Shown piece by piece: positions 28,865 to 38,361 of a stretch of DNA of 64,000 nucleotides. The position numbers were made by a program, and so were the translations under genes. The stretch is from assembly GCA_963715985.1 (NCBI GenBank), contig CAVQSP010000017.1:245346-309345 (forward strand), given 5' to 3'. The notes under the pieces were generated by a model. It was given only the letters and a program-made list of their open reading frames with translations, was not told the origin of the DNA and searched no databases. Numbering within the stretch: position 1 is the stretch's first letter; each line of letters starts with the position of its first letter. The DNA comes from an uncultured Thermoleophilia bacterium (GTDB taxonomy: Bacteria > Actinomycetota > Thermoleophilia > UBA2241).

Positions 28865-30532
28865 TCAGCCTGCCGCGTGCTCCCCGGCGGTCTCGACGAC
28901 GCCGGCCGCCATCCTCGCTGCCGCGGCCTCGGCCGGCCGTGCGCGCAGGGCGAAGGCGCACAGGCCGCCGGCGACGGCGAGGACGACGGCCACGACGAAC
29001 GTGCTCGCCACGGCGTCGGTGAACCAGCTCTGGAACAGCGTCCTCATCATCGCCAGCACGGCGGCCGGCAGGCCCGAATCGCCGCTCGGTATCGACAGCT
29101 GCATGGCGCCGCTGCCGGCTCCGGCGATGATCTTCTGCTTGATGGCGTCGGGGATGCCCTGGATGGCCTGGATGCCGTCGGTGATGTTGGCGGTGACGCG
29201 GTTCTGCAGCACGGCTCCGAGCACGGCGATGCCCATGAGGCTGCCCACCTGGCGCATCGTGGAGAGCACGCCGGAGGCGTTGCCGACGCGCTCCCTGGGC
29301 GCTGTGGCCATCACCGCCGACGTCACCGGCGCGACCGCCAGGCCGATGCCGATCCCGGAGATGAGGAACGGGGCCAGCAGGCTGAGCGGCGTGGTGTCCG
29401 GCGAGATCCTGGCGATGCCGGGCACGAGTCCGGCCATCCAGGCCAGGCCGAGCGCGAGCAGGAACATGCCCGCCGCCACGATCCACCTGCTGCCCAGGCG
29501 GTCGGACAGCATGCCGGCGGCGGGGGCGGCGAAGATGATGATCACCGACATCGGCGCCATCACGAGCCCGGCCTTGATGGCGCTGTACCCGAGCACGGAC
29601 TGCAGGAAGATGGGGATGGTGAAGAAGGCGCCCATCATGGCCGCGCTGAGCAGCAGCCCGGTGGCGTTGCCCGCCGCGAACGTCGGGCTGCGGAACAGCG
29701 AGAAGTCGATGAGCGGCTGGCTCACGCGGTGTTCGCGCCAGTAGAAGAGCCCGAACGCCACGGCGGCCGCGGCGAACAAGCCGAGGATGGTGGCCGACGT
29801 CCACCCGTACTGCTGGCCCTCGACGAGCGCGAACGTGAGGCAGAACAGGGAGGCCGAGATGAGGCCGACGCCCGGAAGGTCGAGCGTCTGGACGGCGGTC
29901 GGGTTCTTGCTCTCCGGCACGATGCGCAGCGTGAGCAGGACGCCCACCACGCCGATGGGGATGTTGACGAGGAAGATCCAGCGCCAGCTGTCGCCGGCGG
30001 CCGGCCAGGAGACGTACTGCACGATGATCCCGCCGAGGGTGGGGCCGATGGCGGTGGCGAGGCCGGACACGCCGCCCCACACGCCCATGGCGGCGCCGCG
30101 CTTACCGGCGGGGAAGACGGCGGCGATGATGCTCAGCGTGGCCGGCATCATCGCCGCCCCGCCGATGCCCTGCAGCACGCGGGCCGCGATCAGCAGGTAG
30201 ATGCTGGGCGCCAGGCCGCAGGCCGCCGAGCCGATCGTGAAGAGCACCATGCCGATCATGAAGAGCTTGCGCCGCCCCCACAGGTCGCCGAAGCGGCCGA
30301 GCGTGACCAGCAGCACGGCGAACGCCAGGATGTAGGCGTTCATGACCCACTCGATGTTGCCGAACGTCGTGTCGAAGTAGTCCTGGATGTGCGGGATGGC
30401 GATGTTCACGATCGTGCCGTCGAGCAGGATCATGAAGAGGCCGAGGCACAGGACGGCGAGCACCGCCCAGGGGCTGCGGACGGGGCCGGAAGACGAGGTC
30501 GCGGCCGCGGTCGCGGGGGAGGGTGAGCTCAT
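28865..30532 (-). CDS. DHA2 (EmrB/QacA) MFS efflux transporter
   Basis: LDGTIVNIAIP, GRFGDLWGRRK, GPTLGG, WRWIFLVNIPIG. Confidence 0.93.
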   Translation of the reverse strand: MSSPSPATAAATSSSGPVRSPWAVLAVLCLGLFMILLDGTIVNIAIPHIQDYFDTTFGNIEWVMNAYILAFAVLLVTLGRFGDLWGRRKLFMIGMVLFTIGSAACGLAPSIYLLIAARVLQGIGGAAMMPATLSIIAAVFPAGKRGAAMGVWGGVSGLATAIGPTLGGIIVQYVSWPAAGDSWRWIFLVNIPIGVVGVLLTLRIVPESKNPTAVQTLDLPGVGLISASLFCLTFALVEGQQYGWTSATILGLFAAAAVAFGLFYWREHRVSQPLIDFSLFRSPTFAAGNATGLLLSAAMMGAFFTIPIFLQSVLGYSAIKAGLVMAPMSVIIIFAAPAAGMLSDRLGSRWIVAAGMFLLALGLAWMAGLVPGIARISPDTTPLSLLAPFLISGIGIGLAVAPVTSAVMATAPRERVGNASGVLSTMRQVGSLMGIAVLGAVLQNRVTANITDGIQAIQGIPDAIKQKIIAGAGSGAMQLSIPSGDSGLPAAVLAMMRTLFQSWFTDAVASTFVVAVVLAVAGGLCAFALRARPAEAAAARMAAGVVETAGEHAAG

Positions 30533-31005
30533 CTGTCGGTCCGTCCTTTCAGTTCGTCGATGAGGGCGCGCAAGAAGGCGACGAGAGTGTGCGGGTCGAG
30601 CTCGGGGAAGCGCGCGAAGACGGCGGCGAGGCGCTGGCTCCACTCGGCCATCACGTCGGTCGCATAGCCCTCTGCGCGGCCCGCAAGACGCACGCGCACG
30701 ATGCGCCTGTCGGACTCGTCGGGGTCGCGGCGGACCACACCCTTCTCCAGGAGGCGCGTGACCAGCTCGCTGGCGGCGGCGCGCGAGATCGCGAGGCCGT
30801 CGGCGAACTCGCCCATCGTCACCGATTCGCGATGGGCGAGGAACACGACGGCCTCCATCTGGCGGCCCGTGAGCGCCTTCGGGATCGGCTCACCCCGGCC
30901 GTGGTGGTGGGGCGCCGAGTCGTACAGCGCGACGCCCAGCTCCGGGAGGAGGCGGGCGAGCTGGGCGCTGACGTCGCCGCTGGTCTGTTCGTCCGGGGAA
31001 ATCAT
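30529..31005 (-). CDS. MarR family regulator, coupled to the MFS gene
   Basis: LTGRQ...ISRAAASELVTRLLEKGVVRR...DRR; ATGA overlap with MFS. Confidence 0.88.
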   Translation of the reverse strand: MISPDEQTSGDVSAQLARLLPELGVALYDSAPHHHGRGEPIPKALTGRQMEAVVFLAHRESVTMGEFADGLAISRAAASELVTRLLEKGVVRRDPDESDRRIVRVRLAGRAEGYATDVMAEWSQRLAAVFARFPELDPHTLVAFLRALIDELKGRTDR

Positions 31006-31033
31006 TCGGTATCCGAAGTATACGGGTGCCGAA
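31005..31033 (-). promoter_or_regulatory. Tandem candidate MarR operators flanking a -10 box
   Basis: TTCGG-TAT-CCGAA (31005-31017) and TACGG-GTG-CCGAA (31021-31033) around minus-strand TATACT. Confidence 0.55.
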
Positions 31034-31144
31034 GCTTCGTGTCCAGTGCCGGCGCCCCGTGTCAGTGCGCCCCGTCCCCTCTCGGGGCGAGCAGCGCAAC
31101 GCCGCGCTTCGGGCGAGAGTGTAAGCTTGCCGCAGGCTCACGCC

Positions 31145-31960
31145 ATGACCTCCGATCACCACATGCACAGCGACTTCTGCCCGCACGCCGAGGGCGCGCC
31201 TCGCGAGTACGTGGAGCGCGCCATCGAGCTCGGCATGTCGGAGATGGGCTTCTCCGAACACCTCCCCTTCCCGCGGGGCTGGCGCCCGCGCCACGACGCG
31301 ACCGACGACTGGGCCATGGCCTGGGACGACGTGGAGGACTACGTGACCGTGGTGCGCGACCTGGCCGCGGAGTACAGCGCCGACGTGCGCATCGTGCTCG
31401 GCATCGAGGCGGACTACCTGGAGGACGCCGTGGATGAGACCGCGGCGGCGCTCGCTGCGTACCCCTTCGACTACGTGATCGGGTCGGTGCACGTGGTCGG
31501 CGACCGCTTCGGCTTCGACCACCCGGAGCTGCGCGACCGGGTGCCCGCCTACGGGCTTGACCGCGTGCACCTGGAGACCCTCGAGCTGGCCGCGCGCGCC
31601 GCCGCCAGCGGTCTCTTCGACGTGATCGGGCACCTCGACCACGCCAAGAAGCTCGGACCGCCTGAGGACGCGGAGGCGGTGAGGGCCGCGGCGAGCCGGG
31701 CCCTGCGGGCCGTCGCCGCGTCCGGCGCCGCCCTCGAGCTCAATACCGCCGGACTGCGCAAGCCGGTCGCCGAGACGTACCCATCGCCGGCCCTGCTGGC
31801 CGAGGCTCACGACCTGGGTATCCCCCTGGTGTTCGCCTCGGACGCGCACCGGCCCGCCGACGTCGGAGCCGGATTCGCGCGCGCGGCCGCGGTGGCGCGC
31901 GCCGCCGGCTACACGGAGACGCTCTCGTTCGCGGGTGCGCCTGCGGAGGCCCTCGGATGA
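31145..31960 (+). CDS. PHP-family histidinol-phosphatase (HisJ/HisK-like)
   Basis: D-H-H-M-H, GFSEH, GIEAD, DYVIGSVH, GHLD, ELNTAG, SDAH. Confidence 0.85.
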   Translation: MTSDHHMHSDFCPHAEGAPREYVERAIELGMSEMGFSEHLPFPRGWRPRHDATDDWAMAWDDVEDYVTVVRDLAAEYSADVRIVLGIEADYLEDAVDETAAALAAYPFDYVIGSVHVVGDRFGFDHPELRDRVPAYGLDRVHLETLELAARAAASGLFDVIGHLDHAKKLGPPEDAEAVRAAASRALRAVAASGAALELNTAGLRKPVAETYPSPALLAEAHDLGIPLVFASDAHRPADVGAGFARAAAVARAAGYTETLSFAGAPAEALG

Positions 31961-32847
31961 GGCCGGTCGGCACGCGCATGATGGCGATCTTCAATCCGCA
32001 CTCCGGGGGCGGCGAGTTCCGCCGCGACCTGCCGCTGATCGTGGATTCGCTCCGCGGCCTCGGCTACGAAGTGGACGAGCGCGAGACGCAGGCCGTGGGC
32101 GACGCCATCCGTCTGGCCCGCCAGGCCGTGGAACTGGGCTACGACGTCGTCTGCGCCATCGGCGGCGACGGCACCGTCAACGAGACGCTGAACGGGCTGG
32201 CGGGCACCGAGGTGCCGCTCGCCATCATCCCCACGGGGACGGTCAACGTCCTCGCCATGGAGCTCGGCATCCCCTTCGAGCCGCCGGACGCGGTGCGTCT
32301 TCTGGAGACGGGCACGGTGTCGTGGATCGACCTCGGTCTCGCCGGCGACCGCCACTTCGGCCTCATGGCCGGTGTAGGCATGGACGCTGCCGTGGTGGCT
32401 TCGCTCAACCCGGCCATGAAGAAGGCGTTCAAGGAGGCGGCTTTCGCCGTGCAGGGGTTCGCCAACTACCTCACGAGGGAGGAGCCCCTCATCAGGGTCA
32501 CCTGCGCCGAGCGCACCGTGGAGGGCTACTTCGCGGTGTTCGGCAACTCCTCCAACTACGGTGGCGGTTTCGGCATCACCCCGCTGGCCGACATGCGCGA
32601 CGGGCTGCTCGACGTGTGCGTGCTCACGGACAAGTCGTTCCTCAGCACCATCTGGTACTGGACCGCCGCGCTCATCAATGCCCACATCAAGCATCCCAAG
32701 GTCGAGTACTTCCGCACGGAGCACGCGGAGATCGTGACGGTGGAGGCGGGCAAGGAAGTGCTGGTGCAGACCGACGGCGAGATGGCCGGGCGCCTGCCGC
32801 TCACGTGCAACGTGGTGCCGCGGGCCCTGCGCGTGATCGTGCCGTAG
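31957..32847 (+). CDS. Diacylglycerol/lipid kinase family (YegS/DgkB-like)
   Basis: NPHSG, GGDGTVNE, PTGTVN, YGGG, DGLLD, DGE motifs. Confidence 0.92.
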   Translation: MRPVGTRMMAIFNPHSGGGEFRRDLPLIVDSLRGLGYEVDERETQAVGDAIRLARQAVELGYDVVCAIGGDGTVNETLNGLAGTEVPLAIIPTGTVNVLAMELGIPFEPPDAVRLLETGTVSWIDLGLAGDRHFGLMAGVGMDAAVVASLNPAMKKAFKEAAFAVQGFANYLTREEPLIRVTCAERTVEGYFAVFGNSSNYGGGFGITPLADMRDGLLDVCVLTDKSFLSTIWYWTAALINAHIKHPKVEYFRTEHAEIVTVEAGKEVLVQTDGEMAGRLPLTCNVVPRALRVIVP

Positions 32848-32987
32848 CACCCGGCGTTCGTCCCGCGGTGCAGCGCACCGTGTCCCCCGGCGGCCGCGAC
32901 GAGGAGAGCCGCGCGGAGGAGGCCGTGGACCGCAGCCTCGCCGAGCTTCAGCCGGCGCCGCCGGCCGCTTCTGTCAGCGGCGGCGCC

Positions 32988-33581
32988 TCACAGCCCCATC
33001 ACCTTGGCGAGCGTGCGCAGCCGCTCCGCATACTCCTTGCGCGCCGCCGCGTCGCGGGCGCGCAGCTCATCCGGAGTGGCCACGGGCACGATCTTGAAGG
33101 CCGGGTTGTCGAACAGGCGCAGCTCGAGCGAGTCGCCCTGCTCGTAGGGCCGGTGCTTGAACATCCTGCCGAGCAGGTAGCGCGCGGTGGCTTCGCCCAC
33201 TGGGAGCACGTAGTGGGGCGTGGTGATCGTGAGCTCGCGTGAGAGGAACGGGTAGCAGTTGTCCTGCTCAGCCGCCTCGGGGAGGCGCATCTCGCAGGCG
33301 GTGCGCGGGACGCACTTGGTGAGCGTGGTGACGTAGACCTTGTCCCGGCTCTCCCGCAGCGCCGGCATGAACTCGGCGAGTCCCTCGAGCGCCGCGGCGC
33401 CGGCGGGGTCCCCGCCCTGCTCGTCGGCCGGGTCGGGATGCAGGGAGACGACCATCACCGCGCAGTGCGGGTGGCCGGCTCCGGGGACGGCGCGGAGGCG
33501 GCAGGCGACGAGCTTCTCGCACTTGGTGCAGTCGCCGACGCTCCGCGCCAGCTGGTCCAGTTGTTCGACCGCGTCTTCCAT
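32988..33581 (-). CDS. Family-4 uracil-DNA glycosylase-like protein with degenerate catalytic motifs
   Basis: CTKC..L...R..AVPG-x-G, VYVT..KC-x-P, C-YPFL retained; GEAPG replaced by SLHPD and HP replaced by TP. Confidence 0.75.
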   Translation of the reverse strand: MEDAVEQLDQLARSVGDCTKCEKLVACRLRAVPGAGHPHCAVMVVSLHPDPADEQGGDPAGAAALEGLAEFMPALRESRDKVYVTTLTKCVPRTACEMRLPEAAEQDNCYPFLSRELTITTPHYVLPVGEATARYLLGRMFKHRPYEQGDSLELRLFDNPAFKIVPVATPDELRARDAAARKEYAERLRTLAKVMGL

Positions 33582-33635
33582 GGTGGGTCTCCTCTCTGGT
33601 GGCCGGCGCCGGTGCCCCGGCGGCGGATGTGGTGC

Positions 33636-33977
33636 TCAGCTCTCGCCGGTGACGAGGCGGTAGTTGCAGATCAGGGCGTCCGGACGGCCGACGAGGGCCA
33701 GCATGAGCTCGTCACCGAACGGGGCGAGGACGATGTTGAGCCCGTCGAACTCGACGGAGATGTAGCGCGCCGCGCTCTGCCCGAGCTCGGCCGCGAGGCG
33801 GATGCCTATGTCGATGACGCCGGCCGCCTGGGCGGCCACGGCTTCGGTCGCGAAGCCGTCGTCGGCGTCGGCCGCCACCACGAAGCCGTCGCCCGAGATG
33901 AGCAGGGCGGCGACGATGCCCGGGTGCGCCCGGTAGGGTGCGAGCCTGGCGGCGAGTACGTCTGCCGGATCGGTCAT
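33636..33977 (-). CDS. Roadblock/LC7 (MglB-like) domain protein
   Basis: GIVAALLISGDGFVVA...EAVAA...ELG...ISVEF pattern. Confidence 0.8.
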   Translation of the reverse strand: MTDPADVLAARLAPYRAHPGIVAALLISGDGFVVAADADDGFATEAVAAQAAGVIDIGIRLAAELGQSAARYISVEFDGLNIVLAPFGDELMLALVGRPDALICNYRLVTGES

Positions 33978-34282
33978 CGTGCCTCCATGGCCTTTTGCAG
34001 GTCCGCCCGTACTGCGGCCGCGAAGCGGTCGGCGGACGCGTCGTCGGCGAACACGCGGGTGTAGCCGCCGGCGAGGCCGGCGAGCTCGCTGAGAAAGATG
34101 GTGCTGCGCGGGATAGGGGAGGAGCCGGCGGCCGCGGGAGCGTCCACGACGCCGTCCAGCGGGAGCTCTACCAGCGTGTCGCCGCTGAGGAAGAGCCGGT
34201 TGGCTTCGCGCCCGGACAGGCGCACCAGCACGCGCACCGCGACCCCGTCCGGGACGAGCTCCTTGGCGATGTCGATCTCCAC
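33974..34282 (-). CDS. Hypothetical protein (102 aa)
   Basis: Globular composition; ATGA overlap with the roadblock gene. Confidence 0.6.
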   Translation of the reverse strand: MEIDIAKELVPDGVAVRVLVRLSGREANRLFLSGDTLVELPLDGVVDAPAAAGSSPIPRSTIFLSELAGLAGGYTRVFADDASADRFAAAVRADLQKAMEAR

Positions 34283-34396
34283 AACCGAAGACTAGCGAGG
34301 CGGCAGAACGGTGGCAAGACGCGCCGGCGAGCGGGTGGTGCGGCGCCGGGCACCACGGGTGGTCCGGCGGCGCGGCGGAGGCCTCTGGCGCAGCGC

Positions 34397-35383
34397 CTAC
34401 TGTGCCGCGGCCAGAGGGACGACGGTGCGCGCCGGCTCGACGACGGGCTGCGGCGCGTAGGCTTCATCGCGCGCCGCAGCGAGCAGGTCCGGGAGCGTGC
34501 GGATGGTCGGGAAGGAGGCGGCGCCGCTGCTGAGCGTCTGGCGCCGCCCGCCGATGAGGCCCGAGCTGATGTCGTGGCCGATCTCGGCCGCCAGGTCGCG
34601 GGCCTCCGTCGAGGTGCGTCCGGGGAGCGCGAGCACGAACGAGTCGGCGCGCACGCGGAACGCCGTGTCGTCGTGGGCGAGGCGCCGCTGGATGCGCCGC
34701 GCCACGCCGCGGACGAGTTCCTCGCTGCGCTCCGGCCCGAGGAAGTCGCGCGTGTCCTGGAAGTGGTCGAGGCGCAGGACGACCACGCTGAGCGGCTCGT
34801 GCTGGTCCAGCGCTGCCGCCGTGGCCGCGGCGAGCACGTCGTCCAGGCGTTCGCTCGTGTAGAGGCCGGTAGTGCTGTCGACGAGGGAGGCGCGCCGTGG
34901 TCGGGCCGGCGTGCGCCGCAGCCGCGTCGCCGCGATCCAGCCGCCGGCGGCGAGCACCAGGACTTTGGCCACACCGCCGACGCGGCTTCCGCCCAGCGAG
35001 GGGTCGGCGATCGCGAGCACGATGAGCAGGAGGAGCGTCGGCGCCAGCAGGTACGGCCACTCCCCGCGAGAGGCGAACGCGAGCTGGCAGAGTGCCAGCA
35101 CCGGGATCGCGCCGAGCAGCCAGCTCTCCGCGCCGCCGGAGAACACGAGGGCGCAGCCGAGCAGGAGCCAGTCCGCTGCCGCGAAGGTGAGGGCGAGGTC
35201 GTTGCCTCGCGCCCGGGCTACCTGGATGGACCAGAGGCCGAGGAGGATGCCGACCGTCGCGGGCACGGCGGCGAAGCCGTGGCCCAGCGCCAGTGCGGCG
35301 ACCGTGAGAACTGCGAAGAAGAGGGTGCGGAAACGGCCTCGCAACAGTGCCGGCTCGCGGCGTTTGCGAGGCGGACGGCTCAC
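34397..35383 (-). CDS. Membrane protein with degenerate GGDEF domain
   Basis: About 5-6 TMs; DSTTGLY, LSVVVLRLDHF, RADSF in place of GG(D/E)EF, SSGAASFP. Confidence 0.8.
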   Translation of the reverse strand: MSRPPRKRREPALLRGRFRTLFFAVLTVAALALGHGFAAVPATVGILLGLWSIQVARARGNDLALTFAAADWLLLGCALVFSGGAESWLLGAIPVLALCQLAFASRGEWPYLLAPTLLLLIVLAIADPSLGGSRVGGVAKVLVLAAGGWIAATRLRRTPARPRRASLVDSTTGLYTSERLDDVLAAATAAALDQHEPLSVVVLRLDHFQDTRDFLGPERSEELVRGVARRIQRRLAHDDTAFRVRADSFVLALPGRTSTEARDLAAEIGHDISSGLIGGRRQTLSSGAASFPTIRTLPDLLAAARDEAYAPQPVVEPARTVVPLAAAQ

Positions 35384-35570
35384 CAGGAAGCCGTCCGGGT
35401 CATGCAGGGCGGTAGGGGACCGTGCAGCATGCCGAGACCATTCTGCATGATTCCTTCAAATCCTTCAAGGTCAAGTTCAGGGTTGAAGTTGCCCGAACGA
35501 AAGGGTGCCGGCGTGCCGTGCAAACGTGCCCCTGCGCGCCTGCCTTCGCCTCGGCTATAATCGATGCCCC

Positions 35571-37358
35571 GTGGAACGAGCCCTCTTCTTCTCAGGTAAC
35601 GAGGCCATCGCCCACGGCGCCGTGCGCGCCGGGGCCGCCTTCGCCTGCGGCTACCCCGGCACCCCCTCCACCGAGATCGTCGAGACCGCGGCCCGGCTCG
35701 AGGGCATCCAGACCGAGTGGTGCATCAACGAGAAGGCCGCTCTCGAGACCGCGGTCGGCGCGTCACTGGCCGGCGTCCGCGCTCTTGTGACGATGAAGCA
35801 CGTCGGGCTCAACGTGGCCGCCGATCCGTTCATGACGCTCTCGCTCACGGGGGTCAATGCCGGGCTCGTCGTGGTGAGTGCAGACGACCCGGGCATGCAT
35901 TCGTCCCAGAACGAGCAGGACAACCGCACGTACGCTCGCTTCGCCAAGATCCCCATGGTCGAACCGTCGGACAGCCAGGAGGCCTACGACTTCGTCGCCG
36001 AGGCCTTCGCCCTGTCGGAGGAGTTCGACACGCCGGTCCTGCTGCGTTCCACGACGCGGCTCTCGCACGGCCGCAGCAAGGTCATACCCAGGGTGGCCGT
36101 GGACGTGGAGGCGCGCGAGTACGTGCGCGACATCAGCAAGTACGTCATGGTCCCCCAGTACGCGCGCGTCAGGAACCGTCTCGTGCTCGAGCGACTGGCG
36201 CGCCTGCGCGCCCGCGCCGAGGAGTCGCCGCTCAACATCCTCGAGGCCGGCACCGCGGACTTCGGCATCATCGCCTCGGGCGTCGCCTACTCGTACGCTC
36301 GCGAGGCGTTCCCCAAGGCCTGGTTCCTCAAGCTGGGCATGTCGAACCCGCTCCCGTACGCCAAGGTGGCGCGCCTGTACCGGCAGGTCTCGCGCGTGCT
36401 GGTGGTGGAGGAGCTCGACCCGTTCATCGAGGAGCAGGTGCGGGCGCTCGGGCTGCCGGTGATCGGCAAGGAGGCCTTGCCGGCCGACGGCGAGTTCGAC
36501 CAGGAGCTCGTGTTCCGCTTGCTGGAGCCGTTCCTCACACGCAAGCCGCCGCGCCGCCGGCGTCCCGTCTTCCCGCCCGAGCTGCGCCCCGCGCAGCAGC
36601 CACGACCGCTCGCCGGCCTGCCGGTCCGCCCGCCCGTCCTCTGCCCGGGCTGCTCGCACCGCGCGGTGTTCACGGCGCTGCGCCGGCACAAGCTGGCGCC
36701 CATGGGCGACATCGGCTGCTACACGCTGGGCGCCCTGCCCCCGTTGCTGGCCATGGACAGCTGCCTCTGCATGGGCGCCGCCATCGGCATGATGGCCGGC
36801 TTCAACAAGGCGCTCGGGAGCAAGGCCGCCGCCGCGGTCATCGGCGACTCCACGTTCTTCCACTCGGGCATCACGCCGCTCATCGACGCGCACTACAACG
36901 AGGCCTCCGGGCTCGTCCTGATCCTGGACAACGGCACCACCGCCATGACCGGCCACCAGGGCCACCCGGGCACCGGGATGCGGCCGGACCGCACCCAGGG
37001 TCCTGCCGTGGACCTGCAGAAGCTCTGCGAGGGCATCGGCGTGCGCTGCGTCACCGTGGACGCCACCGACTTCCCGGCCCTGGACGCGGCCGTCAAGGAA
37101 GAGGTGCATGCACCCGGGCTCGGCGTCATCGTCGCCCTTGCGCCGTGCGTCCTCACGGTGCGGGGAGTGCCGGGGCGCGTCGACGTGGACGACGAGCGCT
37201 GCAACCTCTGCGGCCTGTGTCTGGACATCGGCTGCCCGGCCCTCGCCGTCGGCGACGGCGCCGTCACCATCACCGACAGCTGCAGCGGCTGCGGATTGTG
37301 CGTGGAGGTCTGCCGCCGCGGCGCGCTCACCTGCGCGGAGCCGGGGGACGAGGCGTGA
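35571..37358 (+). CDS. iorA: Indolepyruvate:ferredoxin oxidoreductase alpha subunit
   Basis: GNEAIA, YPGTPSTEI, MKHVGLNVAADP, SSQNEQD, CPGCSH, GDIGCY, GDSTFFHSG, C-terminal ferredoxin; TATAAT at 35556. Confidence 0.95.
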   Translation: MERALFFSGNEAIAHGAVRAGAAFACGYPGTPSTEIVETAARLEGIQTEWCINEKAALETAVGASLAGVRALVTMKHVGLNVAADPFMTLSLTGVNAGLVVVSADDPGMHSSQNEQDNRTYARFAKIPMVEPSDSQEAYDFVAEAFALSEEFDTPVLLRSTTRLSHGRSKVIPRVAVDVEAREYVRDISKYVMVPQYARVRNRLVLERLARLRARAEESPLNILEAGTADFGIIASGVAYSYAREAFPKAWFLKLGMSNPLPYAKVARLYRQVSRVLVVEELDPFIEEQVRALGLPVIGKEALPADGEFDQELVFRLLEPFLTRKPPRRRRPVFPPELRPAQQPRPLAGLPVRPPVLCPGCSHRAVFTALRRHKLAPMGDIGCYTLGALPPLLAMDSCLCMGAAIGMMAGFNKALGSKAAAAVIGDSTFFHSGITPLIDAHYNEASGLVLILDNGTTAMTGHQGHPGTGMRPDRTQGPAVDLQKLCEGIGVRCVTVDATDFPALDAAVKEEVHAPGLGVIVALAPCVLTVRGVPGRVDVDDERCNLCGLCLDIGCPALAVGDGAVTITDSCSGCGLCVEVCRRGALTCAEPGDEA

Positions 37359-37951
37359 ACGGCATCACCACCGTCGCGCTCGCCGGCGTCGGCGGCCAGG
37401 GCATCCTGCTGGCCGCCGCCGTCCTGGCCGAGACCGCCACGGCCGAGGGCCTGGACGTCAAGGCCAGCGAGGTCAAGGGCATGGCGCAGCGCGGCGGAAG
37501 CGTGCTGTCCACGGTGCGTTTCGGTGCGAGGGTCTGGTCGCCGGTCTCGCCGCACGCCGAGGTCGTCATCGCCACCGAGGAGCTCGAGGGCTTCAGGGCG
37601 CTGGAGGTCATCGTGCCGGACGGCACGCTGGTCTGCGCGGCCACCACGCACATCCTGCCGGGCAGCGTGTTGCGCGGGGATGAAGACTACCCGCTCGATC
37701 TGGCCGCCGCCGCGGCGGAGCGCGGCGTGCGCCTGCTCGCCGTGGACGCGGAGGGCATCGCCCGCGAGGCCGGCTCCGCTCGTGCGGTCAACATCGCCTT
37801 GCTGGGCGCGGCCAGCACCGTGCTGCCCTTCTCCGCGGAGTCGTGGCGCCGCGGGCTCGCGGCGGCCGTGCCCGCCAAGATCCTGGAAGTCAACGAGCGT
37901 GCGTTCGCGCTGGGTCGCGACGCCGCCAGCGACGAGGAGGTCGCGTCGTGA
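37355..37951 (+). CDS. iorB: Indolepyruvate:ferredoxin oxidoreductase beta subunit
   Basis: GVGGQG, SEVKGMAQRGGSV, N..AF..G; GTGA overlap. Confidence 0.93.
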   Translation: MNGITTVALAGVGGQGILLAAAVLAETATAEGLDVKASEVKGMAQRGGSVLSTVRFGARVWSPVSPHAEVVIATEELEGFRALEVIVPDGTLVCAATTHILPGSVLRGDEDYPLDLAAAAAERGVRLLAVDAEGIAREAGSARAVNIALLGAASTVLPFSAESWRRGLAAAVPAKILEVNERAFALGRDAASDEEVAS

Positions 37952-38361
37952 AGGTCACGCAGCTCACAGCCTTTCTCGAGAACCGCAGCGGACGGCTCGC
38001 CGAGGTGGCCGATATCCTCGGCGCAGCCGGCATCAACATCCGCGGCTTCTCGACCACGGAGGCCGCCGAGTACGGCATCGTCAGGCTCATCGTCACCGAC
38101 CCGGAGAAGGCCCGGCAGCTGCTGCACGACGCCGGCTTCACCACGCACTTCTCGCAGGTGGTGTGCGTGCGCGTCTCCGACGAGCCCGGCGGGCTGGCCC
38201 GCATCCTGGACGAGCTCGCCGCGGCCGGCGTCTCCATCGACTACCTGTACAGCATCTCCTTCGAATACATCTGCTTCGCCTTGCGCGACGTCGACCGCGC
38301 CGTCCAGCTGCTCGAGGGCAAGGTGGAGATGCTCTCCGACCAGGAGGTGCTGGCGCTGTGA
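37948..38361 (+). CDS. Tandem ACT domain protein
   Basis: Q..FLENRSGRL, GINIR, DEPGGL...IDYLY. Confidence 0.88.
   Translation: MKVTQLTAFLENRSGRLAEVADILGAAGINIRGFSTTEAAEYGIVRLIVTDPEKARQLLHDAGFTTHFSQVVCVRVSDEPGGLARILDELAAAGVSIDYLYSISFEYICFALRDVDRAVQLLEGKVEMLSDQEVLAL

Noticed and set aside
35480-35545. c-di-GMP riboswitch upstream of iorA or the GGDEF gene
   Set aside because: GAAA and GCAAA fragments are present but I could not fold the conserved two-stem structure; an Rfam/Infernal scan would be decisive
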